DNA from: Felis catus | Lineage: Eukaryota | Length of the DNA stretch: 64,000 nucleotides | Direction of reading: 5' to 3' | Assembly (NCBI RefSeq): GCF_018350175.1 | Contig: NC_058382.1 | Span: forward strand, 57,600,001 to 57,664,000 | Part shown: one piece after another, positions 46,621 through 59,000 of the stretch | Position numbering within the stretch: position 1 is the first letter of the stretch | Layout: every line of letters begins with the position of its first letter | The notes under the pieces: model-generated | What the model saw: only the letters and a program-made list of their open reading frames with translations | Told to the model about the DNA's origin: nothing | Databases searched by the model: none | Position numbers and translations under genes: made by a program

Positions 46621-48844
46621 CCGTCCATCCATCCTGCCTGTTTAGAAAGTTGGTTGGCCCCCGGTGAGCGGGTCAGGTCCCTGCACATCACCGGGAGGGC
46701 TTGGGCCCGGTCACCTTGCTCTTCCTGCCAGGCTGTGCCTTTGACTTTCTCTTCTCCCCATCATCCGATCACAGCCCCTCTCCAGGCAGGCAGGCCCTGC
46801 GCTCCTGGGGTGTCCCCAGCCCTTTCCAGCCCTGCCTTGTCATGGAAACTCTGCCACTTGCCTCTGGGACCAGAGAGGCCGTAGCGGCCGGCCTGAGTCC
46901 GGAGCTGGGCCCCGAGGCCCCAGGGGGAGATGAAGGTCAGCCCTGCCGTCTCCCTGCTGCCCTCCCCGCCTGGGGCCGCTGCAGGGGGAGGCCGCCGACC
47001 TGGGGCAAGGACGGGAATCCCTGTCTCTCCTGCTCGGGGAGCCCCGGTGTGGTCCCGCTCTGCCTGCCGGCTGTGGCCCAGCGTCTGCCCGGGGGCTCCC
47101 CTGCGTTCCCAGATCCTCTCATGGCTTCTTACTTCAGAAATAAGGGCACTAAGTTGGATCAGTTGGACTTTTTCCGGTCTGCCAGGAATGTAAGGAAGCA
47201 CTTCGCACAAATGGTTCTGACTGCGGCACCCGGAGAGCACGTTCGAGAAGTGCTGGCCGGTCCCATTCAGTCAGGGGGACTCGCCCGGAGCCCTGACGTG
47301 CCGTGTCAGCCCCCGAGTGCTGCTGAGGGAACCACAACGCGTGTGGAGTGCTTTCTCTTGAAGTGTTAGAACGGGAGAGGCCTGCAGGAAACACAAACCC
47401 TCAGCTCCTTAAATCCCACTGACTTGGTCACTCGATCAAAACTCTTGCCCCAGACGTGTCTTGGAGGTGAAAATCCAGGACGAAAGCCCTAAAGTGGGTT
47501 TGGGGTCTGGGGGACGGGCCATGTCAAGCCTCTTCCACGTCCTCGATGGCCTTTTGATGGGTGCGACCTGCCGTGTGTGCCGATCCCACCGATCCCACCG
47601 CTGGTGTCCTGCCGGGGCCTCCTGCAGTCTTCTGTCCCCAGGGCACCAGCCGTGTTTGTCACGTGGCTGGCAAGGGCGTCCCCTGCGCCTCCAGCACGGA
47701 GGCTCCTTTGCCGGGGGGGACTGTCATCCCACCAGCCACGACCTCGGCCACGGGGTCCGGACAGGGTCGTCCCTCCGCTGGAGTGACCGCTGCCGCCAGG
47801 GCCCAGCCACCTTGCCACCAGCCGAGTCTTGTTCCTCTGCACTGGTGGTGGCACGAGCTCGCCCGGCCGCCTTGCCAGCCCCCTGTCCTCGGGAGGCGTC
47901 TCCCTCCCCCCCGGCTCCTGCCTGCGGCCTGGCCCTCCTCCCCATCGTGGGGGGAAGACGGGGGCCCTTGGTGTCTTCAAGGGACTTCACTGCGTCTTCC
48001 AGTGGTTGGTTGTGTTTGTTTTAGGCCTTTGACCAAAGGCTTCTTGATTGGATTACAGATTTTTTTTAAGTGAAAAGCTTCGTTTAAGCATAAAAGAAGA
48101 AAGAGTAATGACTAGGTGCCATTTCGGTAGGGACCCCACCCGTTCCGCCCACATGACATCCTGCTGTCTGTCCCTCTTGGGGCCGGCGCGGTCACTCGTT
48201 GTGATGTCACAGAAAACCTAGAACTGTCCATTTTCCACGCAACACCGGCATATTCCTGCATCCCCGTGCTCTCAGCCTGTTCCTCTTACTGTGCACGGCT
48301 CTTGACGTTTCCTTGCTTTTTCACTCTTACCAAATCTTTGTCGGAGGTTCAGATCTCTTTAGAACGGTCTAGAAGGGGATGGGCTGGATCCAGAGCATGA
48401 GCGTTTGGGGGTCTGGGTGGCATTTCTGGAGGTCCGTCAGTGCTACCGGTTCCGTGGGGGCTGGGGGGGGGGGGTCTTTGGCGCTACGTCCCCGCGTGCT
48501 CGCTTCAGCGGTGGGCCGTCCTCGCCCGGAGGGCTGGCTTGTGGGACAGCCCCGCCGGGCCGGCGACTCCTCCGCGAGGCCTTGAACGTCCCGAGTGTGT
48601 CGTTAAGGTGTCCGTGTGTGACTTTCTCGCACGTCGCTGAGGGTTTTGGATTACATGACGTTGCTTTGTGTGGTGGCATCTCTGCCCCACGCGCCTCGGA
48701 AAGGTGTGTCCCCGGGAGGCGGCTCCGTGTGGGGGGGGGGGGTGTGTGTCAGGCGTGCTTGGGGGGCGTGGCGCGCGTGGGGGGCGTGGCGCGCTGCCGT
48801 GCCCCGCCCCGCCCGTCTCACCGGGCGCCCGGCCTCTCTTGCAG

Positions 48845-49032
48845 TGGTCTACCATCACGGCAGCAGCGCGACGGGCGGCCACTATACCACGGACGTCTTC
48901 CAGATCGGTCTGAACGGCTGGCTGCGCATCGATGACCAGACGGTCAAGGTGGTGAACCAGTACCAGGTGGTGAAGCCCACTGCCGAACGCACAGCCTACC
49001 TCCTGTATTACCGCCGCGTGGACCTGCTGTAG
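48845..49032 (+). CDS. USP10: USP10 exon 14 coding part ([20 protein letters not shown]...WLRIDDQ...[12 protein letters not shown]); catalytic His749 codon at 48880-48882
   Basis: ctctcttgcag| acceptor with ctcac branch candidate at 48817; His-box HxGxxxxxGHY and WxxxDD; TAG at 49030-49032. Confidence 0.98.
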
Positions 49033-49343
49033 CCGCCTGCGCGCCGTGTGCCCGCCGCCCGCTTGCAGACGCCGACTCCCTCTGACTTCCTTCCCGTCTT
49101 TAGTGGCTCTCTAGGGGGAGCCTCTTCGTCCTTGGCAGAACGGGCTAGAACGGAGAGCAGACGCCTCGGGGCTTGTGCGCAACAGTTCACGTTGCCGCCT
49201 GCCTTCCAGATCCGAATCATTTGGTTGAAACAGACTGTCACTCGATTTGAGAAAATACACAGAACCCGTGTTTCTGAAATAATGCCGATTCCTGAGTGAG
49301 AAGGGGGAACTTGCATTCGATTCGCAGTCTAATTGCTTAGTAG

Positions 49344-49349
49344 AATAAA
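49344..49349 (+). terminator. Candidate proximal polyadenylation signal AATAAA (ATTAAA also at 49667-49672)
   Basis: Canonical hexamer within the 3' UTR; usage not shown. Confidence 0.45.
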
Positions 49350-49849
49350 TCCTGCACCAGCGACACTTGTAAATTTGTGAAAATGAATTTTATCTTTCCT
49401 TAAGGAGTAAATTTTTTAATCCGTCACACTTTCCTTCCCCACCCTCTAGTTTTTGATAAACGATAAAAACGAGCCAGTTATCAGAGGAGACATAGTTCTT
49501 ACTTCTAAAAGAAACATAAATACGAAAAATAAGTTGCTGGTTCCTCACCGGAAAGATACGTGTTAGTAATCGTGCGATCAAAAGCTGCTTACGTATGCGT
49601 TGCAGATCAGATACCCGGAGTGAAGACGTTAGCCCACGTAGCTGGGTGGTTGTAAACTTTATTGCCATTAAAAGATTTCACGTTGCATTCATGCTTCTGT
49701 GTACACATAATGAAAAATGGGCAAAATCATGACGACGGATCTTTCCTTCAGTCGCTCTGTTCAATTCTGCCGTCTGCTCTTCTGTGATGCTGCGTCTCTA
49801 ATTGTACACAGTTTAGTGATCTCTAGGACTACAGAAGTTGTCCCCCACC

Positions 49850-49855
49850 AATAAA
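49850..49855 (+). terminator. Distal polyadenylation signal AATAAA
   Basis: AATAAA with upstream TGTA motifs and downstream GT/T-rich sequence (gttggttt, ggtgtttcttt). Confidence 0.75.
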
Positions 49856-51284
49856 AATCACAAAGTTGGTTTAAAGCTGTGCACGGTGTTTCTTTGACTG
49901 CTCTCGCCACTTCCGGTCGCCGGCGCTCCCGTGGGCCCGCGGGCTCCCCCAGAATCACGGCGGGCCCTCCAGCCAGCCGAACCAAGGCTCGGGTCGTGCC
50001 CGCTTAGTGTCGCCAAGGCCACTAACTAGCGATTTGGGGGGATGGAGTTTTTGAATCTTCCGATAGCAGAAAAGGGAGGTGACTCTCCTCCGTTCCTTGT
50101 TCCTGTCCCCAGCACGGTCCGCATCCCCAGAGCAGTGGGCTTACGTCACACACGGCTGAACACCGTGCTGCTGGGGCATCTTAGCGGCACTTCGGACACC
50201 GCCCTTGGGTTGGGGACAGGAAGCCCTTCCCGGACAGAAGAGACGGAGGAGAGTTCACGTGGGGGTCAGGCCACCCGCAGTGGCTCTCGTGCCTGTGGTG
50301 TCCCGCTTCCAGCCCGTGCAGACCATTCATGGTAATGAACCGGGATCCCCGGACAAGCCAGCCAGCTTACGTGGTCACGGCCTCACCCCCGAGCTCTTGC
50401 TTGTGGCAGCCGGCGGTCCTGAGCCTAGCCGTGTGCCGCTCGGGCTCCGAGCTTAGTTTTCACGGAGCCCACTCACCTGTCGCCACCCTATCCGGATTTG
50501 CTTGGCCGACCTACAAGTTATGGTTCGGTTTTCACTGAAACGGACCCTTCTCAGGAGCATATGGTGTTTGGAGTCCACGTTCCCTCTGGGGAGGCGACCC
50601 ACCAACACTGCCCCCAGCCAGGGACCAACTGGAGCTGTGTCATAGAGCTTGTCGTCGAGCTCTGTGCTGTGATACCGTGACCCGGGTCATGTCCTCGCTC
50701 GCGAATGGCTTCTCCGTCCTGACGCACACCAACTTCCGACCACTGCTGCCTGTGCCCCCCAGCAGGGTGAGGGTCTCTGTCGCCGGACTGTCCCCATCCC
50801 CTGTGAGTCAGACTGAGTGCCCTCTCAAGGACGAGGCCCTCTGGTCTGAGCATGCCTTTTCATAGGCCTCTGGAGGTGAAACAGTGCCTTGCTGGGACCT
50901 GTTTTCCTATATGTTTAGATGAGACCACGTCCCCCCAAATAGCGTTCGGGGCTGTCTGTATGGTCTTTATGCTGCTAAGGTACGGATTTCTCAAGCCCAA
51001 CATCTTTGGGAGGTGACCGCGAGGTATCACGGAACTTTGTTTGGAAGGTCTCCAGTCTCTCTCTCAAGTGCGGTGGAAGTGAGTTGGTCCTGCGGGGCCT
51101 TGGGTGTCTTAGTCAGTGTAGGATGGGTTCTTGACGTTGCTGTTCCCCGGGGGACACCGGACTTCCCGGTACAGCCGTCCGACGGCCAGCAAAGGGCTCC
51201 TCCTGGCCTTTGGGTCCGTATATCATTTGTTTGGAAGATGGACTCCAGCTCTGTAGGAAAGAGAGAACACCTGCCTTCCCTGAT

Positions 51285-51337
<53 letters not shown>
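51285..51337. repeat. Compound (TG)n(AG)n microsatellite
   Basis: Direct reading. Confidence 0.95.
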
Positions 51338-51338
<1 letters not shown>

Positions 51339-52432
51339 GGAGCTTCCCAGTTTCCTTCGCTTAAAAACGGACCCGCACACCCAGCGAAAGAGGGGTAAAC
51401 TCACCAAGGGAGAGTATGCAGAGTAAGAAGTCAGCCCGGAATCAAGAGTTCTCATGTTGTCCCTGGTTAGAGAACAAGGTCGTTCTAGCAAATCCAACGC
51501 TTTCCAGGGTCCCAGGTGGATTGTTAGCCGTGGGGTCTGTGTTCTTCAGATTTTGAACTCTGGGTTCAGTATTTAGTGCTGCCACGTTAGTGTTCTCGTA
51601 AGTTTTGTAGACCGTTTCCCTGGTTTTAGGTCATTCACACTTCGAACTTGGCCCGTTAACCTTGGTGTGAGGGGCGTCGGTTCTGTGATTTTCCTTTGTC
51701 AGCATGTGACACGTCTTTCTAGGGGGCTCTTAAGCCTCTGTGCGTACTGGGGGGGGGGTCGTGGGAAGCGTATCACAGGGAGATGTGTGTTTGATGTGTG
51801 AATGGTCACTAACAAGATGTGGACGTTCTCCTACAGGGAACGATGTCACGAAACTCACCTGCTTGGAATGTGTGCCCAGCAGCCAAGAGAGCAGGTTCCG
51901 TTCAGAACGGAGGTGGTGGTCCTCTCGTTGTCCCGCGTGGTACACGGGCCAGTGGCCCAAGTGGCTCGTGGCAACATCCCGCTCTCATTTCTCAGCATCA
52001 CCAGTCGCATCCTCATGGTCTGACTCGTGGGCACCACGAGCAGAAACTTTGTGATCAACACACGTGCCCTCTTACGCCTTTCTCTGAGCGGAAATTCCTG
52101 TTTATCGCTCTCTCGGGCTGTTTGCACTTGGCCAGGATGCCTGGTTACGAGGCCGAGATTGCAGTCAAAGTCAGACGCTTTGGATGAACGCAGTCAGCCC
52201 GCGGGTTTCGCACCGCACAGCTTCCAGACCAGCTTGCACCGTTAGTAAGTTGTGCCGCTGCGGACACGTCCGTCTAATGGTCTGTTTGGTCCATCAGGAC
52301 AGATGGAAGAGATGGGCCTTTTCTGTCACTGTGCTGGCTCGGTGACTGTCCCCAGGGAGACCATGCCCCTAAAACAGTGTCCAGGAGAACCACCTGTTCC
52401 CAGCCAGCTGTACACGTGAGGTGATTTTCATT

Positions 52433-52665
52433 TATTACTTATTAATGTATTTTTTTAATGTTTTTTTTTTTTTTTAATTTATTTTTGACAGAGACAGAAT
52501 GCGAGTGAGGGAGGGGCAGAGAGAGAGGGAGACACAGAATCCGAAGCAGCTCCAGGCTCCGAGCCGTCGGCACAAAGCCCGACGCGGGGCTCGCACTCAC
52601 GAACCCTGAGATCGTGACCTCAGCCGAAGTCGGACGCTCAACCGACTGAGCCCCCCAGGCGCCCC
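52433..52665 (-). mobile_element. SINEC with perfect 15-bp TSD
   Basis: gaggtgattttcatt at 52418-52432 and 52666-52680. Confidence 0.95.
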
Positions 52666-53174
52666 GAGGTGATTTTCATTGAAATCCAGTCAAGTACATC
52701 GCCAAGCAGGCCTGCCTTTTCTTCAGCAGGCTTCCAAGGATTCGTTTATCGTTTGCGTAAGTGTTGGTATTCCTCTTCTGAACTAACCATTCCCGTCTCA
52801 TATCTTTTGGAGAAAAATGTATTTCCTTGGAAAAAGGACATTCGCTTCACAGCCCGTCACCCACACGGTGACGTTTGTTCTTTTAAGGAGCAAACGATGA
52901 ACCAGCCAACACGCATTGGGCCCCGTCAGGCAGCCGCTCGGTCTCTGGTCTGGCGCCCCCGCTCCCACGGGAAGGGCGTGTCGCTGTGCGTTGAGCAGGG
53001 GCTTCCCCCGGACGGCGCGTGCTGCCCATGTCTCCCCGTTACACACGTTTTGTTCCTCAGGCCTGGTTGTGTCTCCTGCACCCGGATTGTGGCTGAGATC
53101 ACTTGCTAACAAGCCCTGATTTGCTGAACACAAGAGGGTTTTATCAGGTGACCTTGCCTTGGAGACAACCAGCT

Positions 53175-53289
53175 TTTTATGTATTTTTTATTTTTTATTT
53201 TTTGAGTTTATATCTTTATTTTGAGAGAGGGGGAGAGTGCACGCGCACCTGCACAAGCGGGCGGAGGGGCGGGGTGGGGGGAGAGAACC
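53175..53289 (-). mobile_element. SINEC 3' fragment
   Basis: T-rich tail, ttttgagagagg...gcacaagcggg...gagagaa; head missing. Confidence 0.65.
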
Positions 53290-53891
53290 GCATTCAAGGT
53301 CCTGACGCTTTTGACCTTAGGACTCCACGCCGAGTGATCGTGTTGATGTTCTGTTTACGAGCCCCGCTTTCTCATGGTTGACTCTTGAAGCGCTTGCCGT
53401 TTATTTGTTGGCAAAGTTTCTTGTGTGTTTTCTAACAAGTAAAATATTAGGGTGGCTTTGTTTATTCTGCATGAAACCAACAAAACGCAAGCCTGTGTGT
53501 GTGCATTTGCAGAGTTCCCGGACGGACCTTGGGGAGCGTTCACGTTGTTCTCGGCACAACTGAGATATCCTTGGGAACCGGATAAACCTCAGCGCTGTGT
53601 TTTTGTTTTGCCTTTTTGTTTTTTTTTAATACAGGCTTTTTTTTTTTTTTCTCCCGTTTAAGTATTTCAGCGCCTCCAGAGTGAGTTTTGGTCTGTGCTG
53701 TGCAGCCGTCTGCGTGGTTTTCTGGGTTCGGCATCACCCAGGGATTCCGAGGTTGGGTCTGGTGAACTGCCCTTGGGTTTCCCACCTGTCCTTCAAAGAA
53801 AGCAAACCTCTTCATGTATTTGTAGAGAATTTGGGGATTCTTCATGTGACGTAAGAAAAAGTTACTATTCCGCTTTTAAAAAAAGAGTGAT

Positions 53892-54087
53892 GGGCGCCTG
53901 GGTGGCTCAGTTGGTTAAGCGTCCGGCTCTCGATTTCAGCTCTGGGCATGATCTCACAACCGTGAGATTGATCCCTGTGTCGGGTTCCGTGCTCGGCATG
54001 GAGCCTGCTTGGGATTCTCTCCCTCTCCCTCTGCCCCTCCCCTGCTCACACTTGCACACGCACACTGCCTCAAAAGAAAAACAAAAA
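53892..54087 (+). mobile_element. Older SINEC
   Basis: gggcgcctgggtggctcagttggttaagcg head; gagcctgcttgggattctctc. Confidence 0.9.
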
Positions 54088-54838
54088 GATTGAAAACCTC
54101 TTGTGTACGATGTGGATTTACTTGCTGACGCGCGAACTGACCCCGTCCTCCCTCAGTGCCTGTTGACGTCGGTGGGGCCCCGCGCTGCGCCTCCGCACTG
54201 CCGGTCTGCAGGTCCTTCTTTGCCCGGTGACCACGTACCGACGGCTTCTGTCAGCCACAGGACTGGATTCGCTGCGCTGTTTGTTCTCGTCACATGCAGC
54301 TTCAGGCCCGGGACGAGTAAGTTGGTGCCTCAGCTGGGAACAGCACACACCCGCCCTCACGTCCGAGGCCAGCGAGTGGGTCCCCCTGGCGGGTGACGCA
54401 GTGACAGAGTGTCTGTTGCGCTTTCAGAAAAGTGCGAATTAACTTGGCAGTGAGTGACACGTGCTTTCTAGGATGACACCCCAGTTCCCATGGCTTCAGA
54501 CGCACGCCGCCACCTGGGGTCACACCTCCCAGTGCGGGCAGCGGACTCAGACGGAGCCACCACCTGCACTGCTGAGGGTGACCCTTGGGGGCCGGGACCA
54601 GCAGGGCACCGCGGCATCCTTTGCGGTCACCCTTGGGTGCTCCCGCTTGCCGCCCCTAGGCTCCCTTCTCCAGCTGCCCTGCCTCCCTCTGCCCTCTTTG
54701 GGACATTGACTCTCCTTTGGCTTATGGCTTGGATCCTTTCCTTGTGAAGATGTTGCTGGTGGCTAAGACAGGGCTTTGTGGGGACCTGGCCTGCTTCTGT
54801 AAAGACGTTTGGTCCTCTGGTGACCCCTTGAGTACTTT

Positions 54839-55085
54839 TTTTTTTTTTTTAATATTTATTCATTTAAAAAAAATCTTTTTTTTTTTAAACATTTATTTGT
54901 TTTTGAGACAGAGACAGAGCATGAGCAGGGGAGGGTCAGAGAGAGAGGGAAACACAGAATCCGAAACAGGCTCCAGGCTCCGAGCCGTCAGCCCAGAGCC
55001 CGACACGGGGCTCGAACTCACGGACCGCGGATCATGACCTGAGCCGAGATCGGACGCCCAACCGACTGAGCCACCCAGGCGCCCC
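54839..55085 (-). mobile_element. SINEC (felid type)
   Basis: TSD agtacttt; full body. Confidence 0.94.
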
Positions 55086-55856
55086 AGTACTTTAGTATCT
55101 ACACCAGCTGGGTCAGCTCAGGAGCCTGTCCTGTGTGCAGGTGTCCCCCCGCCAGCCTCGTCCCTGCCCTGCTTTACTGAGCTCAGCCCTCGGGAGTAAA
55201 CTGGAATGGCAGAGGCCGGTAGGTGTTGCAGCCAAATGGAAGGGAACGTGCGCGTGAGCTCCCGGATGCTTGTGGCAGTGAAATAAAAGCAACAAGCGAG
55301 GCAGCCTGCAGTGCGAACTCGCCCCGTGTGACCTTGGGGAGGTGGCCCCGTGTCTGGTCCATCGAATGGCCAGGGTAGCTGCCATATCGCATCAGGGGCA
55401 GGACCAGGCAAGTTAGTAGATGTGACCTCCCGGCACGGCCCTGGCAGGGGTCAGTGAGCCCTGGGCGCTGGTGGCCCTTCTGGTGTCATCGCAGGGCTCG
55501 AGGCCAGGGCCTCACTGCTCACGCCTCACCTTTGGACTTCCGTCTTTGGCCCGCCTCTGGCTTTGACTCTTCTTCCGGTTCCCTCATTCGAATTCTGCCG
55601 TCTTGTCAATTCCGGATGCGTCCGTTCTACCCTGACAGCTGGGTGGGGTCTCCTGCCTGGTCTGGGCCCACCGCGGCAGAGACACATTTGCTGCAGCCAC
55701 ATTTCCACTAAAATATAGCGTGAGTGGGGAGTGGGCAACCCCACACAGACTGCCCCAGGGGAGTCCTCCTGAACAGCTCTGTAGAAAGTTTACTGCACCC
55801 CTGCCTCCCTTTGGTTCAGATGCACAGTCGGGGCCTGGCTGCACACGCCTTGTGTT

Positions 55857-56082
55857 GTTGTTTTGTGTTGTTCTTTCTTAAATGTTCATTTACTTTTGAG
55901 AGGGAGACAGAGCACAAGTGGGAGAGGGGCAGAGAGAGAGAGAGGGAGACACAGGATCAGAAGCAGGCTCCAGGCTCCAAGCTGTCAGCACAGAGCCCGA
56001 CGCGGGGCTCGAGCCCACGAGCCGCGAGATCGTGACCTGAGCCGAAGTCGGACGCCCAACCGACTGAGCCCCCCAGGTGCCC
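55857..56082 (-). mobile_element. SINEC
   Basis: TSD cgccttgtgtt; full body. Confidence 0.93.
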
Positions 56083-59000
56083 TTCGCCTTGTGTTTTTTT
56101 AATGTCTACTTTTCTTTACAGCTCTAATGGGGCTTAAAAAAAAGAAAAAAAAAATCAAAGTCACTAGAACACAGGAAAAATAAACCAAAGATTAGTCCGA
56201 CCTAAGATTGGGAACAACCGAAGATTTGTTTTCAAATAAATAAAGATCCTCAACTCAACGCTCACAACAAGAAGGCACACCTCTCATTCAGTAACCACAG
56301 CACACACTTTAAAATGTGCTTTAAAAAAAAAAAAAATGTGCTTTAATTCTGTCCTGGGACCAGTTAAGGGCACAGAAGGGGTGAGGCTGCGGGAGGGGAG
56401 CGGAGGCGCAGGGGGAGGAGAGAGGGTGCGAGTGAGGAGGCCGGGAGGGGCGTGGGCCCGGGGGCGCCTCGGGGTGCTGACGAGTCCGCGGGTCTCCGTG
56501 CCAGGCTGCCGTGTTCGCCACCAGCCGCCGAATCAGCCTCGTTAACGCTAACCCCCTCATCTCTGCAGGAAGCAGCCTCATTTCTCCTGGAGACGGAGCT
56601 CGCTCGAATTCTGCAGGTCTCAGTACCCGAGAATGGTTTGCATCTTAGAGACTCGTTTTAGAGACTGGAGGTGTCCGTCCAGTTGGCCCCAGAGCCCATC
56701 CGTCGTTTACAAGCACGCGGTGGCCTCCTTTCTCTTGGGGCATTGGGCTGTTTATGTCGCCAGCGCCCGAAGAACCCACGTTTTTTACTGTGCCTTCGGA
56801 GCGTTTTTCTCTCCGAACCGAATCTCTGTCCGTGTGTTGGGGTCGGTCCTGGTGACGGGGGTAATAATGCATCACAGGGAAAATAAAATCCCGCGAAGAA
56901 ACCCAGAGTGAGCGGGGCCGGTGGCTTCTCTGCGTCCTGGGTCTGGGTCTCGGTGCGCTCTTCCCGGAGCCGTGGCCACAGCGGGACCTCCTCGTGGGGT
57001 CGCCGGCCCGCTCTCGCCCCGGACGGGACGGGAGTAAGTCGTGGCTCAGAACTTGAGCTGCACGCCAGCTCTTCGGAAGTGACCCCCCCCCCCCACCCCC
57101 GGGGCCCGCCGGGCAGATGACCCACACTGCGTCTTTGCACAGCCACCAGCGCTGACGGCCCCGTGTAGGTTTGTGGCTGGTGTGGAGCAGGAAGGGGTGG
57201 GCCCGGCCCTGCCCCCCTTTCACGGAAATGATGAGCTCTCTGAAGTGATGGTGCCAAAGCAATAAAACCTTGGGGCGGGGCTGGGCGCGGAGTCGGGGGG
57301 GGGGGGGGGGGGGGGAGGCGGAGCGTAAACTCTAGAGGCTTCTGTGCTTTTACATGTTGCGACGGTGGTGGTTTGGAAAATATTGAGAAAGAGCACGGAG
57401 CGGCTGCCGCGAGTCTGCGTGTTCATATGGTTTGTGTTTGACTTGGGAGACCCGGCAACCCAACCCTTTAATTTCACTTGAGTAAAAGTAATTCATCGAC
57501 CGAGACGCCCTGTCCTACTTAAGTGGGGGCGATGGCCAGGCTGCGCCGTGCTGGGCTGGCGGGGTCGGGGGGGGGCAGCTTGCACCCAGCGGACAGAGCG
57601 CAGGGATGGGGGGGTGTGCCGCTCCACGGGTGGCTGGGTACCGACACACCCACGGACACGTAGGGAGCCCTCGCAGCTCCCGGGGGTCCCCGCGTTACTC
57701 CGCTCGGCGCCGTGGGCGTCTGGGGCCGGTCATTCTCTGTGTGTGGCGAGGGGTGGCCTCCCTTGCGTCCTAGGGGGCTTAGCGTTCTGGCTTCCAGCCC
57801 TTCGGGTCGTGACAGCCCAGCATACCTCCCTGCATGGCCCGAGTCACCCCCGGTTGGGGACTGCCGCGGTGGACAGCTTTGACCGTTTGGGCCTTCACGT
57901 AAATGCTATTCTATACCACGCACTCTGAATGTTTTCTTTTACTCAGGGTTAGTTCTCTGAAATGAGCCACGTGGGAGGGCCACCGTGTGTTGGTGACTCT
58001 GTTGCTGATGGAGGGGCCGCATGAAGCTAAGACAGTCCTCTTCTGGTGCACGTGCGTGTCTGTTTCTCTGGGGCGGAGGGTGGGGGGCTCAGGAGGGCAA
58101 GTGCAAGGTCCTGGGGTGACCCTACAGTGCACGTCAGCGGACACTGTCACCCAGTCTTCCGAGACCACCAGCCGGGAGAGAGGACGCCGGTCGAGGCGCT
58201 CCCGTCACGGTCGTAAACGCACTGCGGGGTTAGCGCAGTCCTTTCGGCGGGCTCAGAGTCCCCTCGTGTTAGAATTCACAGTAGGGAGGTTTAAGGTCAC
58301 AGAAATAGGGCCGGAGCCTGCCAGTGTTTTAGTAATGCCGCATCGACTCCACGTTACCCTCGAAGTGATCAACTCTCATGGTTGAAAATGCCCTGAAAGC
58401 ATCGATCGGAGGCGCGCCGCGTAGTCAGACGCCAGGCGAAACGGGTCCCGTTGAGTCCTCCCCTGGGGTCCTCCTGATGCTCCCAGCCTCTTGGAGCAGG
58501 GGGGGAACGCGTGCGTCCCAGGTGAGAACGAGGAAGATGAAGGTGAGCTCGCGGGGCTGGGCAGAGCCGCCCCGTTCGGCCCATCGTGGCACAGCCCGTC
58601 TCCTCCGCCTTGCTCCCACCCCGATGTCACGGCCTCTGTGGGACGGGCAGAGAGCGGTTTCCCGTGTTTCTGGATGGAGTTGGTGTGAGGGACGAGGCTG
58701 GCCACCGGGAGGACAGCCCCGCCCGTGTCCGGCCTGAAGCTTTCCCAGGGGGCCGAGGGCCGACGTCCGTGCAGCCCCACCGCACCTTCCCGTGACACGT
58801 CTGCCACCTTCAGAGCCCGTCCCCGAAGGCCAGGGCGGAGCCCCGAGAGCAAATACGCTCGTCTAAAAGCATCCCCAGTGCTTGTCTTTGTAGGTTGCTG
58901 GCTAGAACCTAGCTGTACGTGTATCCCGAGGTTTCTACGATGGGTGTTTTTTACTTTTGGAAGCTTAAAAATGCTTTGACCCTCTCTCTGTGTCTTCCAG

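Larger units (their letters stand above)
49033..49880 (+). other. USP10: USP10 3' UTR (3' end approximate)
   Basis: AT-rich sequence after the stop codon, ending shortly after AATAAA at 49850 and a GT-rich tract, where composition switches to CpG-rich. Confidence 0.75.

Noticed and set aside
46447..48073. Cluster of 145-222 aa ORFs in intron 13
   Set aside because: Pro/Gly/Ala/Arg-rich translations on both strands with no homology signal; a composition artefact.
48646..48844. In-frame upstream extension of exon 14, including an 18-bp tandem duplication at 48760-48794
   Set aside because: A proper acceptor at 48844 with matching phase explains the exon; the open frame reflects very high GC.
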